Below the pieces are notes generated by a model that saw only the letters and a list, made by a program, of their open reading frames with translations, was not told the DNA's origin and ran no database searches. 64,000 bases of DNA from an uncultured bacterium. GTDB taxonomy: Bacteria; Patescibacteriota; Minisyncoccia; Moranbacterales; UBA2206. The translations under genes were made by a program, and so were the position numbers. Below, one piece after another: positions 49,501-58,296 of the stretch. The DNA lies in assembly GCA_903841185.1 (NCBI GenBank), contig CAIMIV010000042.1, positions 11,319 through 75,318 of the forward strand. The letters are read 5' to 3'. How positions within the stretch are numbered: the first letter of the stretch is position 1; every line of letters starts with the position of its first letter.

Positions 49501-52500
49501 GGAATATTGGTGGCAATCTAGCCGATCAAACTGATTTGGTGTCAGCCTTGGGAGCCAAATTGAGTCTCACAGGCGGCACGATGAGTGGTATCTTGAATTT
49601 ACCCAGCAATGGTTTGATAGTCGGCACTACTCAGATAGTCGCCCTTAACGGAGCGGTGGGCATTGGCACAGCGACCCCGTCAGCCAGTTATCAATTGACC
49701 GTCAATGGCGATGTCAATGTGACTAACGGCCTGTTGCGTTTTTCCGGCACGCAGATCGGACTTAATAATTTGAAAAATGTCGCAGTCGGTTCGCCCGCGG
49801 TCAATCAAGTACTGGCGTTCAATGGCACCAATTGGGTCAATACCACCTTAAGCAGTGTTTCCGCGGGCAATGTCGTGTCTTTCTATTTGCAAACTCAAGC
49901 TGGTGACATTTCACCTTTCAAGCAATTGCAAGCTACTCCGGGCGCGGGTTCTGAGGTGGATGTGCATGCCACAGTCAGCAACAACCTGAGCAGTCCAACT
50001 TTGCTGGAAGAATATATCTCTTCCGCCGCGGGACTTGGTGGCAATCAAATTGATGGCGGGGAGTGGGAATTTGACACCTTCGGTTTCGTTTCCGATGCAA
50101 GCGGCGATTCGGAAATTCAAATCGATGTTTTTACGCGAGCTACCAACGGCACCGAGACCTATCTATTCACCGCCAATACCGGATCAATCACCGGCACTAC
50201 CGCTGATGCACAAGCGATGGCAGTCAATTCGACTCAATCAGCTTTCAGCATCGCACCCAGTGACCGTTTAGTGGTCAAATATTCGGCTAAAACGGATTTG
50301 CTCAGCGGAACAACAATCCATCTTTTGCATAACGGTCAAGATCATTATTCACATTTTCATACGCCAATGCTCACGCGCCATAATGATATGGCCGGTTTGC
50401 AAGGCGGAACCAATCAGCAATATTATCATCTAACATCTTCTGAATACACCGGGACAGGGACAGGGACTTTTGTGCGGCAATCTTCACCGGCTTTCACCGG
50501 CACAACGACCGGTATCACCGCAACTATGGTGGGGTTGGGGAATGTGCCGAATTTGGCGTTCAGCGGTTCCAATACGGGCGACAATGCCGTCAATTCTCTG
50601 TATAGTGGCTTGATTACTAATGCCACGCACACAGGTGACGCGACGGGCGCAAGCGCTTTGACCGTGGTGGGCATCAACGGCACGCAATTGTCAGCATTAG
50701 CGACCGGCATTTTGAAAAACACCACCACCACTGGCGTGCCGAGTATCGCCGTGGCGGGAGATTTTCCGACTTTGAATCAAAACACCTCCGGCACCGCCGC
50801 CGGACTTTCTGCTATATTGGTATCTACCAGTGGCGGTTCTGGCATTAACAATTCCGGCACTTTGACTTGGGGCACAGGTGGCACCTTGGGAACAAATGCT
50901 TTCACGAGCACAGCCTATGCGCCATTGGCTTCACCGACATTTACGGGAGACATAAATTTCCCTGGTTCTGGGGTTTGGAATTCGAGTGGCAACGTGGGGA
51001 TTGGGACGATTTCGCCAAACGCACTACTAGATATAAATCATATTGGTGCAATTGCTATTCCCGGCTTTAATATTGCGGCAACAGATGCAAACAATGCCTA
51101 TCAATTAAAAATCTTGGGCCACACAGGAGGGGTCTCTCATACACAAATTGTAACGGACAATTCCAATAGCAGATTAACAGTAATGGCAGGAGCGCAAAAT
51201 GACTTTGCTCCACGCATGTTCTTTATTGGTGCGCAAGATGCAACAACATCCTTGCGAGGTTGGGGAACATTTGATTATGGTTCAAATTTATATGATTTAG
51301 ATACTGCAGAGTTCCAAGTAAGACAGGTCTCCACTGGTGGGTTCACTACCATGTTCAGATCAGTTGGAAAAGCTGGGTCATTATTTCCTTCTGGAACAGT
51401 TGGAATAGGAAGTTCTGTCATATCTGTCGCCAAATTTTCGGTAGAAAATACCGGAACTACGGATTCTTTTTTAGTTAACGATGAGGCGAGTGACACAACG
51501 CCGTTTGTAATTAATACAGATGGTAACGTTGGTATTGGGAGGACAAGTCCGGGCTATAAATTAGATATTTCTACGCCAGGAAATTCTGATGCACAATTAC
51601 ATATTAATTCATCAAATCCTTATAGTGATACGGGAGGGTATATTAGTAGCGGAGCGGCGGCTAATCTAGGTTTGGCAGGAGGAACCGCACTTAGTGGTGG
51701 GGCATGGAAAGTTAAAACAACTACCGGAGCTTCACTTATAAATTTGGGTTCAGGCGCAATGACTTTTTATACAAATGACACAAGTGCTGCTACTCCCGGA
51801 GATATCTTGAGCCTGTCAGCCCGTATGAAAATAACCAATACCGGCAACGTCGGCATCGGGGCGACGAGTCCTCTATACAAATTTGATGTATCAAATGACG
51901 GAGTAGCGAAATCCTTGCTCCACTTTTCTCAGAGCGGAACGGACGTTGGTGGATGGTTAACATCTGTGGGTGACGGTAATTTTTATATGTCATCTGGCAT
52001 GGAATATGATGCGGGAGCTGGTGGCTGGATTCAAAAATCATCAAACGGAGTTGGCAATATCATTGGCGGTGATTCGCCAGGACTGTCATTTTACACGACA
52101 AGCGGAACGGCAGTTGGATCTGTTGCAACCCTTGCTGTACGTATGAGAATAGATACGAGTGGTAACGTCGGGATTGGAACGACGGCTCCATCAACTAATT
52201 TTGAAGTTTATAGTCCCACAGTGACAAATGGTATTGTTATCCCTTTGAGAGTTAATGGAAGAATTGGAAATACGAGCGGTCAAGATGGAGTGGGAATGGA
52301 TTTTAATGGCATTTGGGATTCTTCCGGATCTGCTTTTACATTGGGTAGAATTGTCGGCAGAGAATATGGTGGTTATAAAGGAGGTTTATCTTTTTTGGTT
52401 AACAATAATGGAGCTACTGCTCCCAATTCTGCAGTAATGTCCGAGGCAATGAGAATGGATAATGTCGGTAACGTGGGGATTGGGACATCGAGTCCTGTGG

Positions 52501-55500
52501 CGAGGTTAGATGTTTCGCCAACAGTTATTACCACCACTGACCTGAAGGGGATGAATAGTGGATTGGTCTATAACGGTGGATCTACTATGACGAATTATTA
52601 CGGCCATTACATTGCCACCCCATCCGGAACAGGAATCATTACAAATAAATATGCCTTAGTAACTGAAGCTGGAGCTGGCAACGTTGGCATCGGCACGACG
52701 AGTCCAACAAACATCTTGTCTCTCGGCAACGGGGCAGCGCAAAAATTTTGGATTGAAAACTCAGTCAGTGGAACTGTCGGTCGAGCCTTGACTGTCGCTG
52801 CTGGCGGGACTGTCGCTGGCGGGACTGACATTGCGGGTGGCAATCTGATTTTGCAATCCGGTCTTGGCACGGGCACTGGCGCTAGTGCAATTTCTTTTCA
52901 AACCGGCACAACTCTCACAACCGGCACAACTTTGCAGACAATGTCTACAAAGATGACGATTTTGGGGAATGGGAATGTGGGGATTGGAACGACGAGCCCG
53001 GCAACTTTAGCGCATGTGAATCTTTCATCGGCTGCGGTGGGGACAGCGTTATATTCTTCTAATTCTGCGCTGACCCTTTCTAATCAGGATAATTCCGTGT
53101 CAGCAGATTACGTGGTTGCTGATGGAACTGCTACGCCAGGGTATCGAGGAGTTATAAGAGGTATCAGGGCGCGTGGAACTTTGGCATCTCCCACTGTGCC
53201 AGTATTAAATGATATTGTCTTTTCAGTTTTGGGTGGTATTTATGATGGTGCATCGGTTTTAAATACGGCTGCCGTAGACCTTAAAGTTGATGGTACTGTG
53301 TCTTCTGGTGTAGCTCCGCAGAGAATATCTTTTAGTACAAAGACCGGCGGGAGTGGTGGATTTGTTGAAAGGCTGACAATAAAAAATGACGGACTTATCG
53401 GGATTGGCACGACGAGCCCGGCGAGTTCTTTGAATATTGCATCATCCTTAGTGAGCACTGCTAATTATGGAACTTTGTCGGTGGGATCTTCTCCATGGGA
53501 CGGATCAACTAGTGGTAAGTTTGTTGGAGGCAGTAGTGGCACCCTAATTGCGGTTAATGCTCCTAATGTTGCAGGACTTGGATTGATTGATCTCCAATCA
53601 TTCGGCGTCAGTAGATTCAGAGTGGATTCAACGTCTGGTGTTACGATTGGAAATGCCAGTGCGGGTGCACAAAACGGTACTCACATAAGTGACCTGATGA
53701 TTTACCCTACTAGCGCTATCAATCTGACGGCCGAAGGCAGTCCAAACCTGATTATGAATGCTAATTCGTTTACAATTACTGGTGGGTATGCTACGCAAAG
53801 ATTTAATTTATTTAACCAATCAACTATCACAGCTGTTTCAGCTTTAAACATTTCAACCGAAGCGGATACATTGAATATAGCCGGCGCACCAATTTCCGCT
53901 GGTTCGGCCACGATCGCCAAATCAATTGGACTGCGGATTTCCGCCGGGACCTCGGTCGCCGCGGGGGTGACGAACGCGTACGGTTTGTATGTTGATGCTC
54001 CAACTGGTGCGAGTAATAATTATGCAGCGGTATTTAATACCGGCAATGTGGGGATTGGGACGACGAGTCCCGGATATAAATTATCAGTGGCGACACCAGG
54101 AGTGACGGCTTCACAGATGCAGATTAATTCAGCCAATCCGGCGGATGATACGGGGATGTATCTGACTTCAGCAGCGTCTGGCAATGGATTTGTTTCGGCA
54201 GGGGCTGCTTATAATGGCAGCGCTTGGGTCGCGAAGTCTGCGACCGCTTGGTCATTTGGTGGCGGAGCGTCTGGTATCAGTTGGTCTTATGATACTGGAT
54301 TAACTGCAGGCAATACTTTTACACAATCGACACGATTGAAAATTGGCACGACAGGACTGATTAGTATAGGGACTGGCAATTTATTAGCTGGGCTGGACGT
54401 TCAAAATAGCATTACTGCTACTTCGGCAGTGGCTTATGGAACAAGGCTTCAGCAAACATTAACCGCGGCGGCTAACAATGATGCGCTTGATGCCGTTTAT
54501 ATTAATCCAACTTTTACAGATGGGGCGAATACAGGCGTGACACATAACGGATTAATCGTAGTAAGTGGCAATGTCGGTATCGGGACAACGACGCCGGCCT
54601 ATACACTGGATGTCAAAGCCGCCGGCACTGGCGTCATTGCTCGCTTCAATAATAATAACAGCACCGGATGCACAGTTGCTGATGGCGGAACGATCACTTG
54701 CACTTCCGATGTCAGGCTAAAAAAGAACATCAATGATTTGAATTATGGATTGAACGAAATCATGTCTTTGCGTCCGGTTGACTATAATTGGAGATATCAA
54801 AATGACAATGGCCAAAAATATCTAGGTTTCATCGCTCAAGAAGTGGAACAACTGTTGCCACAGTTAATTATGACAGACGCTAACGGCTACAAAGAACTTA
54901 ACACAATCGGGCTTATTCCAATCCTGACTAAATCCGTGCAAGAGCAGCAGACTGAAATTGGTGTGCAGACGCAATCAATTGCGTCTCTACAGATCAAGAC
55001 TGATAGCAACATCACCACTCTGACGGATCTGCAAAAATCAGTTGACACGCAATTGAATGTGGTGGGCAAGAGTTTGAATGTGATTAACACGCAGATCAGC
55101 GCCCAGGCGCAATCGATTGCGTCGCTGCAAGGCAAATTGGATGATCAGGAAACGAGATTGAAAGATCAAGAAGCTTTGTCAATTACTTTGCAAGCACAAA
55201 TTGCCAAATTGCAAGAACTGGTTAATCCGGATGCACTGGCATTGCTAAGCAGCAAACTGGATGCTATCTCAGAATTTATTACGATTTCTGACGGAAAATT
55301 TGATTTACTGCAAGGCACATTGAAAGCTAGTGGTGTGGAGACGGGCAAATTGGTGATTTCTGTTTCTGCGGGATCTGAAAACAACACTATCGGTGAAGCG
55401 GTTATTTGTCCGGCCGGTAAAAAAATAGACTCGACTATCCTCGCGGGAGGGACTGATTATAACAAATGTATTCTGGATGACGCAAGTTCTGATGGCAAGA

Positions 55501-55682
55501 GCGTGAAGGTGAAAGCTAGCGCGGTGACCAAGGATTCCAAAGTTTTCGTAACAGCTAAGACTGTTTCCGATAAGCCTTTGGCTGTTTCTGTGATTGAAGA
55601 CGGCAAGGGCTTTACAGTGGAAACCAAAACAGTAGTCAGTGAAGATCTGAAATTTGACTGGTGGATCGTAGGTGCAAAATAA
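46584..55682 (+). CDS. giant membrane-anchored cell-surface fibre protein with C-terminal phage tail-fibre-type intramolecular chaperone (peptidase S74) domain
   Basis: 3032 aa. Five to six N-terminal TM helices, three FN3-like repeats (W-S-W-xxA-DGYR-F), about 20 NVGIGT(T/S)SP repeats, TSDVRLKKNI...LRPVDYNW S74 autoproteolytic motif, and a coiled-coil tail. Confidence 0.7.
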   Translation: MSQAEESCSIFEKYKLHKNYFLLFVVFCVFALLKYLSRYESLSNFVMGAIAVSPFILTTAFLTWVYLKDRKNHVLYKLMMKQDVFLKLAFKLTLSVLVILVVLFPGDWKPLLNFFDVVRRSFSLEMYFLIASYLAAFILAGELISFFVRLYQISVGTYHHKIYHVFKKTLYSTFFVFFLLLLFSVLTYPQAFYPITDAVSDVMFTVSQGTVALSKLSGGELQSNTSLLNLAKNAFSKTSSNLVRKMDTTQSDLAKSVALSRDALVQSVADTSKNLTESTNGKVSSDGGKISGAVVLSGKGSDLTVEGTTITKDILPDASLSYNLGSAGKTWNTVYAHRLIGASPVFIGTGSSAQGLTNDGDLVVSSDLEVRGKIYATQIIGPVSNTNKFEGGIITSSIVPDGSNINLGSASNHFSTVYANSLVGVPLNFLPLIGGTLSGNLNLGNHSFTTFNSVLVDNLNADLLDGSQASAFAMLNGRSGGQTITGDTAAGGNLTLSSTNNAAKGKIVFGNSAYDEKSNRLGIGTNTPGALLHLNNATAGQKSLIIQGAQNQSANLVEIYGYDSGGIPNGQTFDNAPVFDDAHTFDNAPSLINLTFDNNPSSLSAIANYNSSSAYSAYNNSHSLKIYAYKIINGIKIFNPTPIVTALNDDNSGRTYTISWSWSPATDADGYRIFKSISDGSANFDKFTDVVGTSFYDTGATDFSQDGTFDGRTSLAYAVNYNTGSSYAANGSQHQLVVYAYELHNGVKIFNNAPLHIIPQIDSSGRNFSLDYSWTAASGADGYRVFDYDSSAGIYVSRYADITTTNFHDAGQNDFTSSGTFNGSTSYTDGHVVNYGSGSSYVANGQEHGVRVYAYKEYAGTKIFNPDYAQAQFTDNNSGQHYTIDWSWTAAAGATGYRVFDFDSGNSINFDKYSDVTNSNFQDASPGSFTHTGTFDGMTEYTGSMMASISKDGIIDAAGFSINGVALSVSGWGNIGGNLADQTDLVSALGAKLSLTGGTMSGILNLPSNGLIVGTTQIVALNGAVGIGTATPSASYQLTVNGDVNVTNGLLRFSGTQIGLNNLKNVAVGSPAVNQVLAFNGTNWVNTTLSSVSAGNVVSFYLQTQAGDISPFKQLQATPGAGSEVDVHATVSNNLSSPTLLEEYISSAAGLGGNQIDGGEWEFDTFGFVSDASGDSEIQIDVFTRATNGTETYLFTANTGSITGTTADAQAMAVNSTQSAFSIAPSDRLVVKYSAKTDLLSGTTIHLLHNGQDHYSHFHTPMLTRHNDMAGLQGGTNQQYYHLTSSEYTGTGTGTFVRQSSPAFTGTTTGITATMVGLGNVPNLAFSGSNTGDNAVNSLYSGLITNATHTGDATGASALTVVGINGTQLSALATGILKNTTTTGVPSIAVAGDFPTLNQNTSGTAAGLSAILVSTSGGSGINNSGTLTWGTGGTLGTNAFTSTAYAPLASPTFTGDINFPGSGVWNSSGNVGIGTISPNALLDINHIGAIAIPGFNIAATDANNAYQLKILGHTGGVSHTQIVTDNSNSRLTVMAGAQNDFAPRMFFIGAQDATTSLRGWGTFDYGSNLYDLDTAEFQVRQVSTGGFTTMFRSVGKAGSLFPSGTVGIGSSVISVAKFSVENTGTTDSFLVNDEASDTTPFVINTDGNVGIGRTSPGYKLDISTPGNSDAQLHINSSNPYSDTGGYISSGAAANLGLAGGTALSGGAWKVKTTTGASLINLGSGAMTFYTNDTSAATPGDILSLSARMKITNTGNVGIGATSPLYKFDVSNDGVAKSLLHFSQSGTDVGGWLTSVGDGNFYMSSGMEYDAGAGGWIQKSSNGVGNIIGGDSPGLSFYTTSGTAVGSVATLAVRMRIDTSGNVGIGTTAPSTNFEVYSPTVTNGIVIPLRVNGRIGNTSGQDGVGMDFNGIWDSSGSAFTLGRIVGREYGGYKGGLSFLVNNNGATAPNSAVMSEAMRMDNVGNVGIGTSSPVARLDVSPTVITTTDLKGMNSGLVYNGGSTMTNYYGHYIATPSGTGIITNKYALVTEAGAGNVGIGTTSPTNILSLGNGAAQKFWIENSVSGTVGRALTVAAGGTVAGGTDIAGGNLILQSGLGTGTGASAISFQTGTTLTTGTTLQTMSTKMTILGNGNVGIGTTSPATLAHVNLSSAAVGTALYSSNSALTLSNQDNSVSADYVVADGTATPGYRGVIRGIRARGTLASPTVPVLNDIVFSVLGGIYDGASVLNTAAVDLKVDGTVSSGVAPQRISFSTKTGGSGGFVERLTIKNDGLIGIGTTSPASSLNIASSLVSTANYGTLSVGSSPWDGSTSGKFVGGSSGTLIAVNAPNVAGLGLIDLQSFGVSRFRVDSTSGVTIGNASAGAQNGTHISDLMIYPTSAINLTAEGSPNLIMNANSFTITGGYATQRFNLFNQSTITAVSALNISTEADTLNIAGAPISAGSATIAKSIGLRISAGTSVAAGVTNAYGLYVDAPTGASNNYAAVFNTGNVGIGTTSPGYKLSVATPGVTASQMQINSANPADDTGMYLTSAASGNGFVSAGAAYNGSAWVAKSATAWSFGGGASGISWSYDTGLTAGNTFTQSTRLKIGTTGLISIGTGNLLAGLDVQNSITATSAVAYGTRLQQTLTAAANNDALDAVYINPTFTDGANTGVTHNGLIVVSGNVGIGTTTPAYTLDVKAAGTGVIARFNNNNSTGCTVADGGTITCTSDVRLKKNINDLNYGLNEIMSLRPVDYNWRYQNDNGQKYLGFIAQEVEQLLPQLIMTDANGYKELNTIGLIPILTKSVQEQQTEIGVQTQSIASLQIKTDSNITTLTDLQKSVDTQLNVVGKSLNVINTQISAQAQSIASLQGKLDDQETRLKDQEALSITLQAQIAKLQELVNPDALALLSSKLDAISEFITISDGKFDLLQGTLKASGVETGKLVISVSAGSENNTIGEAVICPAGKKIDSTILAGGTDYNKCILDDASSDGKSVKVKASAVTKDSKVFVTAKTVSDKPLAVSVIEDGKGFTVETKTVVSEDLKFDWWIVGAK

Positions 55683-55861
55683 TAAGCATATTTTGCCTTA
55701 GAGCCGAAAAAGTTTGACCCGGTTGCGTCTTTGCCCTATACTATAAAGGCTATTCCAGAAGATCTTTTGGAGACTGAATTTGGCAGGGACTATAGACAAA
55801 TTTTTTATATCTGTTATAATAAATTACAGTTTTTAGAAAGCAGAATTAGGGTAAAAATTAT

Positions 55862-55935
55862 GGGCCCTTAGCTCAGTTGGCTAGAGCGCCTCGTTTGCAC
55901 CGAGGAGGTCGGGAGTTCGAATCCCCCAGGGTCCA
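55862..55935 (+). tRNA. tRNA-Ala (anticodon UGC)
   Basis: Cloverleaf with acceptor GGGCCCU/AGGGUCC, anticodon loop uuUGCac and T-loop GTTCGAATC. Confidence 0.9.
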
Positions 55936-56065
55936 CACTTCGACTCATCTTGATTTACATCAAGATTCGCTCAGTGTAAACACCAGCCAATGAATATTCA
56001 TTGAGCTTGAGAAACAACACTGAGTCGAAGTACCATGAGCTTGTCGAATGGCAAGCGTAGTAACT

Positions 56066-56341
56066 ATGGAAATTATTGAAAAAGAGGGTCTCTGGTATGT
56101 TTATATAGCCAGAGCAAGAACAAATAAATACTACGTAGGAATCAGCAATAATGTTGAAAAAAGAATAGACAAGCACAATAGTGGGAACGGTTCCAATATG
56201 GCAAAGCAACAAGGACCATTTTGCTTGGTTTATAAATCTGGGTCATTTATAAACAAATCAGAAGCAAGAAAGAGAGAGGCTCAAATAAAAAAATGGAGTA
56301 GAGTTAAAAAAGAGAATCTCTTGAATGGAGAGTGGAAATAA
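56066..56341 (+). CDS. GIY-YIG nuclease superfamily protein (UPF0213/YhbQ-like)
   Basis: LWYVYIARARTNKYYVGISNNVEKRIDKHN...IKKWSR. Confidence 0.75.
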   Translation: MEIIEKEGLWYVYIARARTNKYYVGISNNVEKRIDKHNSGNGSNMAKQQGPFCLVYKSGSFINKSEARKREAQIKKWSRVKKENLLNGEWK

Positions 56342-56349
56342 AATAGCAC

Positions 56350-56431
56350 GGGCGTATAGCTCAGTTTCCGCCGGTAGGCGGACCAGCCTATGGCTGGGGT
56401 CGAAAAATGACGAGGCCTCTGGTTCGAGTCC
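56350..56431 (+). pseudogene. partial duplicate of tRNA-Ile with an internal 41-nt GC-hairpin insertion
   Basis: The first 19 nt are identical to tRNA-Ile (gggcgtatagctcagtt). Then comes tccgccggtaggcgga ccagcctatggctgg, then tgacgaggcctctggttcgagtcc identical to the tRNA-Ile 3' half. No 3' acceptor strand follows. Confidence 0.4.
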
Positions 56432-56460
56432 GAGAAAAGCAGTTCACAATATAAAATGTA

Positions 56461-56534
56461 GGGCGTATAGCTCAGTTGGTTAGAGCGCGTCACTGATAAT
56501 GACGAGGCCTCTGGTTCGAGTCCAGATATGCCCA
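56461..56534 (+). tRNA. tRNA-Ile (anticodon GAU)
   Basis: Cloverleaf with anticodon stem cguca/ugacg, loop cuGAUaa, T-loop GTTCGAGTC and acceptor gggcgua/uaugccc. Confidence 0.9.
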
Positions 56535-56661
56535 CCTATGTTTTTTGTTTATGTTGACAACATTATTTTTATAGTATACACTTATATATAGAAAAGCCTT
56601 CAGGGGCTTTTTAAAAAACCGTAAAAACGCTTTTAAGTAAAAAAGGCTTAAATAAAAGAAA

Positions 56662-56847
56662 ATGTCTAATATAACAATGTTTTTGAAAGAGGCTAAATCG
56701 GAATTGCTAAAGGTTAATTGGCCCAGCAAAAACCAAATCATTAATTATACTATTTTGGTCATCGGCATCAGCATTGCCGGCGCTATCTTTTTGGGAAGTT
56801 TAGATTTTGGATTTAGTTATTTATTAAAAACATTTATCATTAAATAA
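56662..56847 (+). CDS. secE: preprotein translocase subunit SecE
   Basis: 61 aa with a single C-terminal TM helix and ELLKVNWPSK, immediately upstream of nusG. Confidence 0.8.
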   Translation: MSNITMFLKEAKSELLKVNWPSKNQIINYTILVIGISIAGAIFLGSLDFGFSYLLKTFIIK

Positions 56848-56853
56848 ATGCTG

Positions 56854-57010
56854 GCATCCCGCAACGAATTCCATAATAGTTTTGTGTTATGGAAAAATTT
56901 GTTTGCAGATTCGCCTGCGGCTACACTAAATTATAAAAATTAAAGATTAATTAGCGAATTCGTGCGGGACGCTCATATTTGTAGCTGCTCGTACCTCGCA
57001 AACAAATATG
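56854..57010 (+). promoter_or_regulatory. structured ~155-nt leader element upstream of nusG
   Basis: A long-range stem pairs gcatcccgcaacgaattc with gaattcgtgcgggacgc. The proximal stem catatttgt/acaaatATG contains the start codon. Confidence 0.45.
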
Positions 57011-57553
57011 GCGAAACAAACCCAACATCACGGAAGAGCGTGGTATGTGATTCATACCTACAGTGGCTATGAAGACAATGTGGCGCGCAACCTGAAACAA
57101 AGAATCGAATCGATGGATATGCAGGATTTGATTTTTGATGTCATGGTTCCGATTGAAAAGAAAATCAAGATCAAAGCGGGCAAGCGCACGGTGATTGAAG
57201 AGAAGATCTATCCCGGCTATGTGCTAGTGGAGATGATTGTCACCGATGCTTCCTGGTACGTGGTGCGAAACACGCCGAACGTCACTGGATTTATCGGACT
57301 CGGTACTACTCCAACCCCGGTGGATACAGCTGAAATTGAGATGTTGAAGAAACGCATGGGTGTGTCTGAACCGAAATATAAGATTGACGTGGCCGTGGGC
57401 GATTCCATCAAAGTGGTGGATGGACCCTTCAAGGATTTTGATGCCAAGGTGGATGAGGTGGATGAGGCTAAGGGCAGAGTGAAAGTTCTGGTGTCTATCT
57501 TCGGTAGAGAAACCCCGGTGGAACTAGACTTTTTACAGATACATAAATTATAA
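57008..57553 (+). CDS. nusG: transcription termination/antitermination factor NusG
   Basis: NGN domain WYVIHTYSGYE and a KOW motif. Confidence 0.9.
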   Translation: MAKQTQHHGRAWYVIHTYSGYEDNVARNLKQRIESMDMQDLIFDVMVPIEKKIKIKAGKRTVIEEKIYPGYVLVEMIVTDASWYVVRNTPNVTGFIGLGTTPTPVDTAEIEMLKKRMGVSEPKYKIDVAVGDSIKVVDGPFKDFDAKVDEVDEAKGRVKVLVSIFGRETPVELDFLQIHKL

Positions 57554-57567
57554 GAAATGTAGGTGTG

Positions 57568-57725
57568 GCGTCCCGCAAAGAATTCCAAAATAGCTTCTAT
57601 ATTGTGGATAAATTTGTTTGCGAATTCGCCTTACGGCTACGTGCAGTTTTAACTAAAAAAATTAATTAGCGAATTCGTGCGGGATGCTCATATTTGTAGC
57701 TACTCGTACCTCGCAGACAAATATG
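57568..57725 (+). promoter_or_regulatory. structured ~155-nt leader element upstream of rplK
   Basis: About 90 percent identical to the nusG leader, with the same two stems. The rplK ATG (57723) lies in the 3' strand of the proximal stem. Confidence 0.45.
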
Positions 57726-58148
57726 GCAAAAAAGATTAAAACAGTTATTAAGTTACAAATCGGAGCCGGGAAAGCAAATCCAGCGCCTCCAGTTGGTCCG
57801 GCTTTGGGTCAACATGGTTTGAATATTCAAGAATTTTGCACCAAATTTAATGAAGCTACCAAGGCTCAAATGGGAGACATTATCCCGGCAGAAATCACAG
57901 TCTATGAGGATCGCACTTTCTCATTTGTCCTAAAAACTTCTCCGGCTTCTGACTTGTTGCGCAAAGCAGCTGGCGTACCGAAAGGAGCTGGCAACCCATT
58001 GAAAGATAAGGTAGGGAAAATCAGTGAAGCGCAACTGCGAGAAATTGCCGAAAAGAAGTTGACTGATTTGAACGCCAATGATGTAGAAGCCGCCATGAAG
58101 ATCATTGCTGGCACAGCGAGATCTATGGGAATCAAAATCGAAGGATAG
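57723..58148 (+). CDS. rplK: 50S ribosomal protein L11
   Basis: [32 protein letters not shown]. Confidence 0.9.
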   Translation: MAKKIKTVIKLQIGAGKANPAPPVGPALGQHGLNIQEFCTKFNEATKAQMGDIIPAEITVYEDRTFSFVLKTSPASDLLRKAAGVPKGAGNPLKDKVGKISEAQLREIAEKKLTDLNANDVEAAMKIIAGTARSMGIKIEG

Positions 58149-58149
58149 A

Positions 58150-58230
58150 CCCGATGCGAAACTACGAAACATGCATGAATCTACGAACTGTTCGTAGATT
58201 CGCATTTCATTCGTAGGTTCGAATCGGTTT
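58150..58230 (+). promoter_or_regulatory. nested stem-loop structure between rplK and rplA (candidate L1 autoregulatory site)
   Basis: Perfect 11-bp hairpin gaatctacgaa ctg ttcgtagattc, nested inside cgaaactacgaa..ttcgtaggttcg and atgcgaa..ttcgcat pairings. Confidence 0.35.
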
Positions 58231-58296
58231 AATAATTTAATTTATGTGGAAGAAGTTTATACAAGAAAATAACTTCGCTAATACCACGACAAATAT

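Noticed and set aside
46584-55682. Classifying the giant gene as a prophage tail fibre.
   Set aside because: It carries a multi-helix N-terminal membrane anchor. No phage structural, packaging or lysis genes flank it. Neighbours are chromosomal: a glycan ligase-like gene upstream, and tRNAs and secE-nusG downstream.
56350-56431. Treating the first tRNA-like sequence as a functional tRNA, or as an intron-containing tRNA.
   Set aside because: No 3' acceptor strand or CCA-proximal sequence is complementary to the 5' end, and the T-arm is followed by unrelated sequence. It is therefore called a fragment or pseudogene.
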